Made by a program: the position numbers and the translations under genes. A stretch of 63,503 nt of DNA, counting the filler, from Octopus bimaculoides (Eukaryota): the NCBI RefSeq assembly GCF_001194135.2. It is 4 parts of 3 records of this genome, joined end to end, with 100 filler letters (N's around TTAATTAATTAA, not from the genome) between each part and the next. Parts side by side here need not be neighbours in the genome. Positions count along the whole stretch, not along the records: positions 25,555 to 45,355 come from NC_068981.1; 3 more parts are not named here. One strand, given 5' to 3'. The number at the start of each line of letters is the position of its first letter. Positions within the stretch are counted from its first letter, which is position 1. The notes beneath the pieces are model-generated. The model was not told the origin of the DNA. It did no database searches and saw only the letters and a list, made by a program, of their open reading frames with translations. Positions 25,455 through 37,505 of the stretch are shown one piece after another.

Positions 25455-25554
25455 NNNNNNNNNNNNNNNNNNNNNNNNNNNNNNNNNNNNNNNNNNNNTT
25501 AATTAATTAANNNNNNNNNNNNNNNNNNNNNNNNNNNNNNNNNNNNNNNNNNNN
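25455..25554. other. Artificial scaffold spacer 44N-TTAATTAATTAA-44N
   Basis: Identical 100-bp structure at 45356-45455 and 62312-62411; the palindromic 12-mer has stops in all six frames. Confidence 0.95.
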
Positions 25555-26809
25555 TAAATATCAATTCTTAACTTCATATAAAATCACACTTTTTTTATTG
25601 GTGGTGGTGGTGGTGGTGGTGGTGGTGGTGGAGAAAGAGAATAGTTGATGAGATCAATTCCAGAAAGATGAAGCTAAAGATGACCATGGCTAGATTTGAA
25701 CTCAGGGTGTAAAGAGATAAATACTGTAAGACATTTTTGACCATTACTCTATCACTCCGTTGATTCCCACAATCCATTAAATACTGGAAGGCATTTTCTC
25801 CACCACTCTTGGTCTGTGTCTGAAATTTAGGTAAATTTTAAATATTTCAGACATATACTTGCTAGAGAGGTGATATGATCTGAAACCATGTGTTGAAGTT
25901 AAAACAATTACAGCGTGAAAGCCTATATTAGATGTTCAAAAACACATAAAAACTGTTAACTTCACTCAAACATTTGTTATTTGGTGTCAGTATTTTTTTG
26001 GCATTAAAGGTGGCAAGCTAGCAGAATTGATAGCATGCCAGGCAAAATGCTTAGCAACATTTCATCTGTCCTTATGTTCTGAATTTAAATCCCACTGAGG
26101 TCAACTTTGCTTTTCATCTTTTTGGGGTCGATGAAATAAGTACCAGTTGAGTACTGGGGTGGATGTAATCGACTTACCCCTCCCCAAAGTTGCTGGTCTT
26201 GTGCCAAAATTTAGAATCAATATTTTTGTCGCACCAACTGCAACTTGGTCACTGAAGTAATTCCAATGCAAATTTAAAATATGAACATCAAAACAGAAAT
26301 TGGGTGGAACTGACTGCTTGTTGCTTGTTAATTTATTTTGAAATGTTCTGTTTGAGTAGAGAGCTTGTTGTATAGTGCTGTAAGTGATAAGTAAATGAAT
26401 GAAGTTTAGTGCTGTTAATCTATATTTTGATCTACAACTTAACTGCTGTGGAAAATGAAAATTGTAGTTTTTCACTGATTCCAAAGATAATCAATATTAG
26501 TAAAATATAGAGTAAGGTTTGTTAACAAAGTGTTGTTTTGTCTATAAATAGTATTAATTTTGGGAGAGAAAAATTAATCTTAGAGCATTATGTTACTATT
26601 TAACATCAAAAGATCTGACTAAATGTGATCACATTTAAATATTCAAATTTAACCAAAATGAAAGAGCAAGAAAAAAAAAAATTGTTCCATTTGAATATTT
26701 TTTCATTTTTATTGATTTGTAAGTTTTGTTATAACATGGATGGCAGAATTGGTTAGGGTAGCAGAAAAAATATTTTATAGTATGTAGCCCTTTACATTGT
26801 GAATTCATT

Positions 26810-28301
26810 TCTCCCGGTATTATAGAGAGGAGAATGTCTAGTTCCTTTTTGAAGACATCTACTTCCACCTTGTGCAGGTTTCTTAATTTTTATGGCAGGG
26901 TAATGAAGAGCTGTGGACTTTTGAACCTTAGACTATTGTAGTACCTGGTCTTGAATTTAGATGGAGTGGCTAGTGCCATTGGTACAATACAATGGCAATT
27001 CTGGCATTTGTATAACACTCAATACTGAAATTAGGTACTAGCCCGTCTAGAGTTTTCCATATGTAGATTATTGCATATCTGTCATGCCTTTGCTCCAGGG
27101 ATTAAAGTTGCAGTTTTCTCAGCCAATCCCAGTAGCTCATCCGCTGCACTGTTTCAATCTTTTTAGTGTAATGGCATTGAACTGCTTCAAGCTCTACTGT
27201 TAATTTGGCACTATGTGGTCACGATAACTGGGAGCGGTAGTCCAGGTGGCTGAGAACAGAGGTCCTCCACAGAGTCAACATAGTTTCTTGGTCTCTTGTC
27301 TTGAAGGACCTCAATATCCATCCTGCCAGTGGTCTGCACTTTGCTGCCATCATGGTAATGTGCATATAAAATGATGTATCATTGCACATATTGATCCCCA
27401 ATTCTTTTACTGCCTGTGACTCTGGGATTGTAGTGCCTTTGGGTCCTGTATATGTAGGCTGTAGTGCATTCGTGAGTTGATAGTGCAGTGCTTGAAATTT
27501 TCCAGCATTAAATTGCATGTTGTTTATTTTGGCCCACTTGTATATTGAATTCAGGTTCTGCTGTAAGCTTGCGACATCATCTTGATTTTTTATTGCCTGT
27601 GATAATTTTGTATCCTCGGCATAGTTAGTGACAGTGGCTGTTCAAGTGACCGTGGGCATGTCTAAGAGGGCTATTATGAACAGTAATGGCCTCAAAACAG
27701 TTCCCTGGGGGATGCCACTTAGGATTTGGGTTTCCTCAGAAAGGGTGCCATTGGCTGCAACTACCTACTTTTGTCTTTAATGAAGTCATGCAGCCACTCT
27801 CCCAGTTTACCAGCAATGCCAAGATCTTGTAGCTTATGACTTATCATGCTATGTTCTACCTTATCAAATGCCTTTGCAAAGTCAAGGTATATCATGCTGA
27901 CATCTGAATGGTCAAGCAGGTGTTTCAAAACCCAGTCATTGTGCTGAAGGAGATATATGATGCAGCTTCTTCCTGGACAGAAGCCATGCTGTGTATTGTT
28001 CAGTAGGTCATTTTCTTCTAGGAACATTATCAAATTCTTTCTGATGATGCTCCATGACTTTACTGATATGTGATGTCAGAGAAATTGGCCTGTAGTTTCT
28101 GGTCTCTGCTCTGCTTGCACCTTTATGGATAACGCATATAATGCCTTCTTTCAGCTTTTTAGAAAGTTTACTACTTGCAAGGAAACTTTGGAAAAGTATC
28201 TGAAGTGGTTTTGCTAAAGCCTGTTTACATAACTTCAGGAGAATAGCTGGGAAGCCATCAGGACCAGTTGCAGAGCATGAGCTCATTTCATCTATAGCCA
28301 C
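26810..28301 (-). mobile_element. CR1-like LINE, 5'-truncated and decayed ORF2
   Basis: ATGPDGFPAILLK...NYRPISLTSHISKVME, QHGF.PGRSC, IYLDFAKAFDKV, SGIPQGTVL, YAEDTK, WAKINNMQFNAGKF and HLDYRSQL motifs across frameshifts. Confidence 0.93.
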
Positions 28302-28679
28302 TCATCACAAACATGAATTACAGGATAGAAAAAGGTTATTTCAATTGGATTTGAGCTGTAATTTTGTGCGTGCACACTGCAAGAAATGACATAATTCATA
28401 CAGAGGTTTTACCTAGAGTGTGTGTGTGAAAGGAAGTTGTTTTATGGCATTCTTTTGTTTTAAGCAGCAAAGTTGTCAACTTGATCATAAGATCAATCAT
28501 ATGNNNNNNNNNNNNNNNNNNNNNNNNNNNNNNNNNNNNNNNNNNNNNNNNNNNNNNNNNNNNNNNNNNNNNNNNNNNNNNNNNNNNNNNNNNNNNNNNN
28601 NNNNNNNNNNNNNNNNNNNNNNNNNNNNNNNNNNNNNNNNNNNNNNNNNNNNNNNNNNNNNNNNNNNNNNNNNNNNNTA

Positions 28680-28860
28680 CTTTATTTAAAAGCAGCAGAA
28701 ATATAACAAAAAACTGTTACTTGGAGTTTCACGTTCCCGTTCATCGGACTGTTTAGTTTAGTTTTTAGTTTTTTTTTGTCTAACTAAACTGTCTGATGAA
28801 CGGGAACGTGAAACTCCGAGTAACAGTTTTTTGTTATATTTCTGCTGCTTTTAAATAAAG
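28680..28860. mobile_element. Foldback (palindromic) non-autonomous element with hammerhead motifs in both arms
   Basis: ctttatttaaaagcagcagaaatataac...gttcatcggactgtttag pairs with ctaaactgtctgatgaac...tttctgctgcttttaaataaag; the right side runs on to (TA)n at about 28931. Confidence 0.85.
28786..28829 (+). ncRNA. Type-I hammerhead ribozyme, intact core
   Basis: Stem I AAACTGT/ACAGTTT; core CTGATGA; stem II ACG-GGAA-CGT; GAAA; stem III CTC-C-GAG; cleavage triplet GTA (cut after 28822). Confidence 0.85.
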
Positions 28861-29397
28861 CATATTACTCTACCTCTGGTATTTGAGTACTCTTTTTTCC
28901 ACCTTGTTGCACATTTATGTGCTTACTCCGATATATATATATATATATATATATAGGTGTAGGCATGGGCTGCGTGGTAAGAAGCTTACTTCCCAACCAC
29001 ATGGTTCTGGGCTCAGTCCCACTGTGTGATACCTTGGCAAGTGCCTTCTGCTTTAGCCCTGGGCCAACCAAAGCCTTGTGAGTGGATTTGGTAGACAGAA
29101 ACTGGTTTTCAAGCTGTCTAACCCATGCTAGCATGGGAAACACACATTAAATGATGATGATGATATATATATATATATATGTCACTGAAACAAATAAAAT
29201 GTTACATTCACAAGAAGTTACATTCCCATTTAAATAAGTAATGTTTTTTTAATTGCCTATCTTTTATATAACAATTTCATGATTTAATTTGTTCATAGTG
29301 ATGTTCAACTTTTGTTGTTTTTCATTAGAAATTAGATTCCAGTCTTTTAATTATATTAAAATTTATTAATTGAAATGATATTTCTTTAAAAACTTAG

Positions 29398-29510
29398 TGT
29401 GTCTGGAAAGTTTGAAGAATTTTATCACATGTTTGCATCAATGAATAAGAAATTGGCCTCATATGGACAGCGTGTTCAGTTTGCCAGCAGTAGAGTATTG
29501 TTGTTAAAAG
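29398..29510 (+). CDS. CCHCR1: Exon of a coiled-coil alpha-helical rod protein 1-like gene (VSGKFEEFYHMFASMNKKLASYGQRVQFASSRVLLLK)
   Basis: AG|...AAAG|GTTTGT, 113 nt, phase 2 to 1. LASYGQRVQFASSRVLLLKDIMAK aligns without gaps to recalled human CCHCR1 LPSLNNRLSYAVRKVHTIRGLIAR. Confidence 0.75.
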
Positions 29511-29987
29511 GTTTGTTAAAATATTATTATGCTTTTGTGATTTATCTATTAAAAATAAGAAACTAAAGGGGGAAAAAAAATGTGTGAAACTGATCCAACT
29601 TGATTTTTAATCTTAACAAGCTCAGAGTCTTTCTGATATTTATCTTTATCTCTACTATTCTTCTTCTACTCACATTATTTGTGGTTGTAAATACCACAAC
29701 TCATTAGCACATCAAAGAAGATTTTACCTTCAGGTGCTACATGTAGAAGTAGCATAGTGAGAATCATTAGTCATCGTAGTTGTCATCATCCTCATCCTCA
29801 TCATTGCTTTGATGTCCACTTTTCCATGCTTGCATGGATCAAATGGAATTTGCTGAGGTAAATTTTTCCGTGGCCAAACGCCTTTGTAGTTACCACATGG
29901 ACTGACATGAAGGACACTGCTCGTATGACAGTGAAACTCATTTACAACTATCATGCAATGTCAAGACAAGAACACATACACATGTAT

Positions 29988-30019
<32 letters not shown>

Positions 30020-30022
<3 letters not shown>

Positions 30023-30490
30023 CACTCTCTGAGTGGTTGGCGTTAGGAAGGGCATCCAGCTGTAGAAACTCTGCCAAATTAGATTGGAGCCTGGTGTTGC
30101 CATCCAGTTTCACCAGTCCTCAGTCAAATCGTCCAACCCATGCTAGCATGGAAAGCGGACGTTAAACGATGATGATGATGATGATGATGATATATACGTC
30201 GTCTCATTCATTGGACATGAAACTTGGCTTGCGAAGACCTGTTGGGGCAAGCGAAAGCGAAATCGTGATAGCACCTGTGCCCAGCGTCGCCTGACTGGCC
30301 TTCGTGCCAGTGGCACGTAAAAGCACCCACTACACTCTCGGAGTGGTTGGCGTTAGGAAGGGCATCCAGCTGTAGAAACATTGCCAGATAAGATTGAAGC
30401 CTGGTACAACCTTCTGGCTTGCCACTCCTCAGTCAAATCGTCCAACCCATGCTAGCATGGAAAGCGGACGTTAAACGATGATGATGATGA

Positions 30491-30495
<5 letters not shown>
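30020..30495 (+). mobile_element. Two tandem copies of a repeat with (GAT)n tail (family D, RTE-type 3' end)
   Basis: gagtggttggcgttaggaagggcatccagctgtagaaac...gtcaaatcgtccaacccatgctagcatggaaagcggacgttaaacgatgatgat. Other copies at about 31135-31392, 35345-35510, 35760-36300, 36933-37145, 37905-38130, 40150-40530, 40960-41160, 42310-42585 and 43292-43570. Confidence 0.9.
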
Positions 30496-30525
<30 letters not shown>

Positions 30526-30531
<6 letters not shown>

Positions 30532-31869
30532 AAAAAATGAGTAGATAGCTTTTTGTTGGGGGAGATAATTTTTATTTTAATGATAATGTTTCCAGTTACT
30601 CTAATGAGTTTCGAGCTTTTTGATAGCCATTTTCAAACTGAAATTCTGTAGTTTACAAGGTTGTTTATGTAGCAACAGATTTTTTCTTACAGGTATACAA
30701 ATTAAAAAAAAGCAAAAATAGGAAATAAAAGATTAAAAAATAATGAATATAAAAACTAATATAAAAAAAAAAAATAATAAAAGAATACAAGAAGTAAATA
30801 AAACAGCATGTGTGAAAAAAGAGAGAAGAAAAGAACAAAGGAAAAAGGAAAAAAGAAGAAAAAAGGTGGAAGATAAGAAGACAAAAAGTAGTTGAAAATG
30901 GTAGTGCAGAGGAGACTATCAGGTATTAAGAAATAGAATAATTTTAGGAGTAGTCAAAAGATGACCTTTGTGAATCTATTGATTTGAGGTCATTTTATTC
31001 ATTTTTCATGGTTGGTATTAGTCACATATTAGTTGGTAATTAGTCACATATATATATATATACCCACATACATACATACATCCACATACACATACATCCA
31101 CACATCTACACGTTTTTTATATATATATTCATATTGCCTCCGTGCAGGTGGCACATAAAAAACACTTTTTTGAGTGTGGCCGTTGCCAGTACCTCCTCAC
31201 TGGCCCTCGTGCCGGTGGCACGTAAAAGCACCCACTACACTCTCGGAGTGGTTGGCGTTAGGAAGGGCATCCAGCTGTAGAAACATTGCCAGATAAGATT
31301 GAAGCCTGGTACAGCCTTCTGGCTTGCCACTCCTCAGTCAAATTGTCCAACCCATGCTAGCATGGAAAGCGGACATTAAACGATGATGATGATTCATATA
31401 TTCATATATTATGTATACTCACACACACCTACACACACATACATATATATATACACACACATACACACATACATATACACACACTCATACATATATATAT
31501 GTATGTATGTGTGAGTGTATGTATATGTATATATGTGTTTGTATGTGTGTGTGTGTTTATATTTTTCCTTCCTTTTTCCTTTTTCTTTTCTTATTTCTTT
31601 TTTCACACATACTGTATTTACTTTTTGTATTCTTTTATTGTTTTTATATTAGTTTTTATATTCTTTATTTTTAGTTTTTTCTATCTTTTATTCCCTATTT
31701 TCATTTTTTTATTTGTATACTGTTGTTATATAAAAAAGCTTCTGAATCACAGAGTTTCAGTTTGAAAATGGTTATCAAAAAGCTCAAAACTCATTAGAGT
31801 AACTGGAAACATTATCATTAAAATAAAAATTATCCTCCCAAAAGCCATCTCTACTCATTTTTACAAATA
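30526..31869. mobile_element. About 1.35-kb foldback element with roughly 330-bp inverted arms, each with a decayed hammerhead
   Basis: Arms about 30526-30870 and 31560-31869 are reverse complements. Hammerhead-like TTTCAGT-TTGAAAA-TGGCT..AGCTC-GAAAC-TCATTAGA-GTA-ACTG at 30589-30643 (-) and 31755-31809 (+). Confidence 0.8.
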
Positions 31870-32096
31870 TATTATACGTCCGCTTTCCATGCTAGCATGG
31901 GTTGGACGATTTGACTGGGGACTTGTGAACCAGATGGCTACACCAGACTCTGCCAGATCAGATTGGTGTCTGGTGTAGCCATCTAGTTTGCCAGTCCCCA
32001 GTCAAATCGTCCAACCCATGGAAAGCGGACTTTAAATGATGATGATGATGTACCAAGACCTTTTTTTTATTATTCTACTATATATATATATATATA

Positions 32097-32292
32097 TTAT
32101 TTACATTATTTACATCTGACGGATATTTGTCCTCATCTTGTTTGTTGTTAACACAACGTTTCGGCTGATATACCCTCCAGCCTTCGTTAGGTGTCTTGGG
32201 GAAATTTCGAACCTGGGTTTCCCCAAGACACCTGACGAAGGCTGGAGGGTATATCAGCCGAAACATTGTGTTAACAACAAACAAGATGAGGA
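32097..32292. mobile_element. Foldback element with 75-bp arms (73/75 identical) and hammerheads in both arms
   Basis: Arms 32130-32204 and 32218-32292, 13-nt spacer; left flank (TA)n; linear single-arm copy at 44550-44689. Confidence 0.9.
32227..32272 (+). ncRNA. Minimal type-I hammerhead ribozyme motif
   Basis: GACAC-CTGACGA-A-GGCTG/loop/CAGCC-GAAAC-ATT-GTGTT. The opposite arm reads CTAACGA...GAAAC-GTT, so each arm carries one inactivating-looking change. Confidence 0.7.
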
Positions 32293-32644
32293 NNNNNNNN
32301 NNNNNNNNNNNNNNNNNNNNNNNNNNNNNNNNNNNNNNNNNNNNNNNNNNNNNNNNNNNNNNNNNNNNNNNNNNNNNNNNNNNNNNNNNNNNNNNNNNNN
32401 NNNNNNNNNNNNNNNNNNNNNNNNNNNNNNNNNNNNNNNNNNNNNNNNNNNNNNNNNNNNNNNNNNNNNNNNNNNNNNNNNNNNNNNNNNNNNNNNNNNN
32501 NNNNNNNNNNNNNNNNNNNNNNNNNNNNNNATATATATATATATATATATATATAATAAAGTAAAGTTGTGGAATACCGTACGAGTGGAAATATATATGA
32601 AAGAAGGTTTGAAAATGCACTTATTTTTTTAAAAATATTTATTT

Positions 32645-32686
32645 ACTTAACCGGTTTCACTTTTTTAGAAAAAGATTATCAAAAGT
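32645..32686 (-). ncRNA. Degenerate hammerhead motif
   Basis: Minus strand ACTT-TTGATAA-T-CTTTTT/CTA/AAAAAG-T-GAAAC-CG-GTT-AAGT: stems I and II intact, core has two transitions; points toward (TA)n at 32531-32554. Confidence 0.55.
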
Positions 32687-34287
32687 CTTTGAGAATAATA
32701 AAAAATGTTAAAAAACAGTTCGAGAATTAAAATGCATATATACATTCTTTGATGATAAAATATATTTAAAGTATAAAGCTTTGTATGAACTTTGTATTGT
32801 TACATACTGATTATCACACATTCTCTGATATTAAAATGAAAATGTTAAAAACAGTGTATGAAAATACACATATGGAAAAATACATATACATATTTGTAAG
32901 GGACGACCGTGCAAACTCATTAAAGGAGAAATGGTGATGAATGGAAAAACAGAAGACTCCTTTTATTTAAACGTGTCACACGGTCGAACATACAAATATA
33001 TATCAAAGATGGATGGTATACGTGATATGTTATGCGACGATAACATAGATGACCAGTAATGAAAGACCACAACCGTATTAGATGAATAACAGATATATTT
33101 ATTATGGCGTTAAAGACGTATGTCTGTGTGAGAGTGTGAATGCGACATATAAGAACATAATCAAAGACAGGCCGTCATACAAAGAAAAGTGTGTATGTGA
33201 GTGATACATGTGTGTGAGTTATTACAGCAGATAGAAAGAGTCAGTAAATGACACGTGAGCAATTATACCAGTTCGTTAGTACACTATAGNNNNNNNNNNN
33301 NNNNNNNNNNNNNNNNNNNNNNNNNNNNNNNNNNNNNNNNNNNNNNNNNNNNNNNNNNNNNNNNNNNNNNNNNNNNNNNNNNNNNNNNNNNNNNNNNNNN
33401 NNNNNNNNNNNNNNNNNNNNNNNNNNNNNNNNNNNNNNNNNNNNNNNNNNNNNNNNNNNNNNNNNNNNNNNNNNNNNNNNNNNNNNNNNNNNNNNNNNNN
33501 NNNNNNNNNNNNNNNNNNNNNNNNNNNNNNNNNNNNNNNNNNNNNNNNNNNNNNNNNNNNNNNNNNNNNNNNNNNNNNNNNNNNNNNNNNNNNNNNNNNN
33601 NNNNNNNNNNNNNNNNNNNNNNNNNNNNNNNNNNNNNNNNNNNNNNNNNNNNNNNNNNNNNNNNNNNNNNNTATATATATATATATATATATATGTGCAG
33701 GAGTGGCTGTGTGGTGAAAAGTTTGCTTCCCAACCACACGGTTCTGGGTTCAGTTCCACTGCATGGCACTCTTCTACTATAGCCTTGGGCTGACCAAGTG
33801 TTTATACTTACTTACAAGGTGAGCAAAAGTGTATGTAAGACAGGAAAAACAAATAGAACACAATTACAAACAACAAGAAAATAACAGCAGGTGTCTTTTG
33901 ATTAATAAAGATAAATCAAATTGAGCTGGCATGTATAGAGTGAAAGCCTTGAGGCAGGAACATAGGGGATGGACTGTGTTCCATTTTTCATATTTATATG
34001 TCTATATTTGTGTGTCTGTGTTTGTCCCTCCACCGTCGCTTGATAACCGATGTTGGTTTATGTCCCCGTAGCTTAACAGTTCGGCGAAAGAGACTGATAG
34101 AATAAATACTTGGCTTACAAAGAATATATCCTGGGGTTGATGTTTTTGATTAAAGGTGGTGCTCCAGCATGTTGCAGGGTTACTCATTTACAGCCGAGTA
34201 GACTGGAACAGTGTGAAATGAAGTGTTTTGCTCATACATAGATACACACATGAATGCATGCATACATACATGCATACATACTGAATA

Positions 34288-34646
34288 GTGGAGGCGCAAT
34301 GTCCCAGTGGTTAGGGCAGCGGACTCGCTGTCATAGGATCGCGGTTTCGATTCCTAGACCGAAAACACCTAAAGCTCCACAAGGCTCCCGCAGGGGATGG
34401 TGGCGAACCCTGCTGTACTCTTTCACCACAACTTTCTCTCACTCTTTCTTCATGTTTCTGTTGTGCCTGTAATTCAAAGGGTCAGCCTTGTCACACTGTG
34501 TCACGCAGAATATCCCTGAGAACTATGTTAAGGGTACACGTGTCTGTGGAGTGCTCAGCCACTTGCACATTAATTTCACGAGTAGGCTGTTCCGTTGATT
34601 GGATCAACTGGAACCCTCAACGTCGTAAGCGACCGAGTGCCAACAA
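34288..34646 (+). mobile_element. SINE family E copy with a short internal deletion
   Basis: Colinear with 4359-4755. Confidence 0.9.
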
Positions 34647-35138
34647 TACATACTGAATAAGGGAAATGGAAAATGGGGTTCACAAGAATCTCTATTCATC
34701 ACAGTGATCATTTCAACCCATCATTTGTTGGTCCCTTGCAGGTGGGATACTGTACAACTGGTTGTGTTGCATCCTCCAGTGCAGAATGCTTTTCATCAGG
34801 TGTCTTGTTTTAAAGAAAATACCTCACTAAATATACTTGGATTCTCTTGGCATATTGTTGTTGCCTGTGGGTTGTTGGCTATAGTGATACTCTTGAAATT
34901 ATAACCCTTTTCTTTGAGTCTCATTAATTATGGCTAGGTTTTTGTTTTCCTTTTCAATCTAAGGAAAATTTCATCTAAATCAGAATTTGTTTTCTTTCAT
35001 ACATCAGTCACTAATTACATTGTTACTTGATTTATTTATCTGAATTCATGGCATTAATACATCTAAGTTATTTATTTCCCTTCATCAAATTTTTTTTGTT
35101 TTGCTTGAAATGATTTTAAATGGTATTTTTTCTTTCAG

Positions 35139-35265
35139 ATATTATGGCAAAACAGAAATATTTGTCAAAACTTCAACAACAAACAGAGCAGCAAGAAGGT
35201 AAAGACTGTGAAACATCACTAGGGAATTCAGTAACATCTGGGAAATGTGTTGAAAGTTTAGAAAG
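35139..35265 (+). CDS. CCHCR1: CCHCR1-like exon (D)IMAKQKYLSKLQQQTEQQEGKDCETSLGNSVTSGKCVESLE(S)
   Basis: Strong acceptor ttttttctttcAG, donor AAAG|GTATGC, 127 nt, phase 1 to 2, in frame with both neighbouring exons. Confidence 0.8.
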
Positions 35266-35291
35266 GTATGCATTATATTTATATAGTTCAG

Positions 35292-35349
<58 letters not shown>

Positions 35350-37182
35350 TCATCGTTTAACGTGCGCTTTCCATGCTAGTATGGGTTGGACGATTTGACT
35401 GAGGACTAGCGAACCAGATGGCTAAGGGTAACCTCCAATCTGATCTGGCAGAGTTTCTACAGAAAGATGCCCTTCCTAATGCCAACCACTCCAAGAGTGT
35501 AGTGGGTGCATGTGTATATATATGTATATTCTTTTATTCTTTTATTTGTTTTAGTCATTTGACTGTGGCCATGCTGGAGCACTACCTTTAGTCAATCAGA
35601 TCAACCCCAGGACTTATTCTTTGTAAGCCTAGTATTATTCCATCTGTCACTTTTGCTGAATCGCTAAGTTATGGGGACGTAATCTCACCAATATTGGTTC
35701 TCAAGCGATGATGAGTGGGGTAGGGGCAAACACAGACACACGAACATATATATATATATGATGATGATGATGATGATGATGATCGTTTAACGTCTGCTTT
35801 CCATGCTAGCATGGGTTGGATGATTTGACTGAGGACTGGTGAACCAGATGGCTACACCAGGCTCCAATCTGATTTGGCAGAGTTTCTACAGCTGGATGCC
35901 CTTCCTAATGCCAACTACTCCGAGAGTGTAGTGGATGCTTTTACATGTCACCGTCACGAAGGCCAGTCAGGAGGTACTGGCAATGGCCGTGCTCGAAATG
36001 GTGTATTTTACATGCCACCTGCACAAGAGCCAGTCTAGTGGTACTGGCAACGAACTCACTCGAATACCTTTTCATGTGCCACTGGCACAAGTGCCAGGAA
36101 GGTGACGTTGGTAACAATCACGCTCAAATGGTGCTATTTACGTGCCACTGGCACAGAAGCCAGACAGCTGGTGCTCTGGCAACGATCACGCTCGGACGGT
36201 GCTCTTAGTGATCTACTGGTACAGGTGCCATTACGATTTCGCTTTCGCTTGCCCCAACAGGTCTTCGCAAGCCGAGTTTAGTGTTCAATGAAGAGATGTT
36301 GGCATGGGTGCTAGTCTACAAATTTAGTTCGATTTCGATTTCACTTCCCTCAACAGGTCTTCACAAGCGGAGTTTAGTGTCCAATGAAGGAATGTTACGT
36401 GTATGTGGGCTGGCTACATCCTTGGCAGAGGCCTTGGATTTTGGTCTCACTTGGCTTGATGGGCTTCTTTCAGTTTCTGTCTACCAAATCCACTCACAAG
36501 GCTTTGGTTGTCCAAGGTGCCATGCAGTAGGACTGAACCCAGAACCATATGGTTGGTAAGCAAGCTACTTACCACACAGCCACTCCTGCACCTATATATA
36601 TATATGATGATATATATANNNNNNNNNNNNNNNNNNNNNNNNNNNNNNNNNNNNNNNNNNNNNNNNNNNNNNNNNNNNNNNNNNNNNNNNNNNNNNNNNN
36701 NNNNNNNNNNNNNNNNNNNNNNNNNNNNNNNNNNNNNNNNNNNNNNNNNNNNNNNNNNNNNNNNNNNNNNNNNNNNNNNNNNNNNNNNNNNNNNNNNNNN
36801 NNNNNNNNNNNNNNNNNNNNNNNNNNNNNNNNNNNNNNNNNNNNNNNNNNNNNNNNNNNNNNNNNNNNNNNNNNNNNNNNNNNNNNNNNNNNNNNNNNNN
36901 NNNNNNNNNNNNNNNNNNNNNNNNNNNNNNNGCCAGTACTGCCTGACTGGCCCTCGTGCGGGTGACACGTAAAAGCACCCACTACACTCTCTGAGTGGTT
37001 GGCGTTAGGAAGGGCATCCAGCTGTAGAAACTCTGCTAAATTAGATTGGAACCTGGTGTTGCCATCCGGTTTCACTAGTCCTCAGTCAAATCGTCCAACC
37101 CATGCTAGCATGGAAAGCGGACGTTAAACGATGATGATGATGATGATACACACATATATATACACACACACACATACATACA

Positions 37183-37214
<32 letters not shown>

Positions 37215-37468
37215 CAAAGGGGTCTAATGCTCTTAGCTTAGACTTTTTGGGAGGGCAACCAGATCGAACCATCTCAAGTGTAACTGCCTGAAACGGTCGT
37301 GACTTCTGGGACTTGACTGAGGAAAGAAGGCCACGAGTGACCCGTCTTTTTGTGCCTGTCCTACTAATTGTTGTTTCTCTTGTCTGCCTAATTGTTGTTT
37401 CTCTTATCTGCCTGTATCATCCAAATGTTTTATTGTACTCTATTGTGTTTTTGTTCCATTTTTATATT

Positions 37469-37505
<37 letters not shown>

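Noticed and set aside
25499-25510. Palindromic TTAATTAATTAA recurring three times (also 45400-45411 and 62356-62367)
   Set aside because: Always centred in exactly 44N+44N; an assembly linker with six-frame stops, not biology
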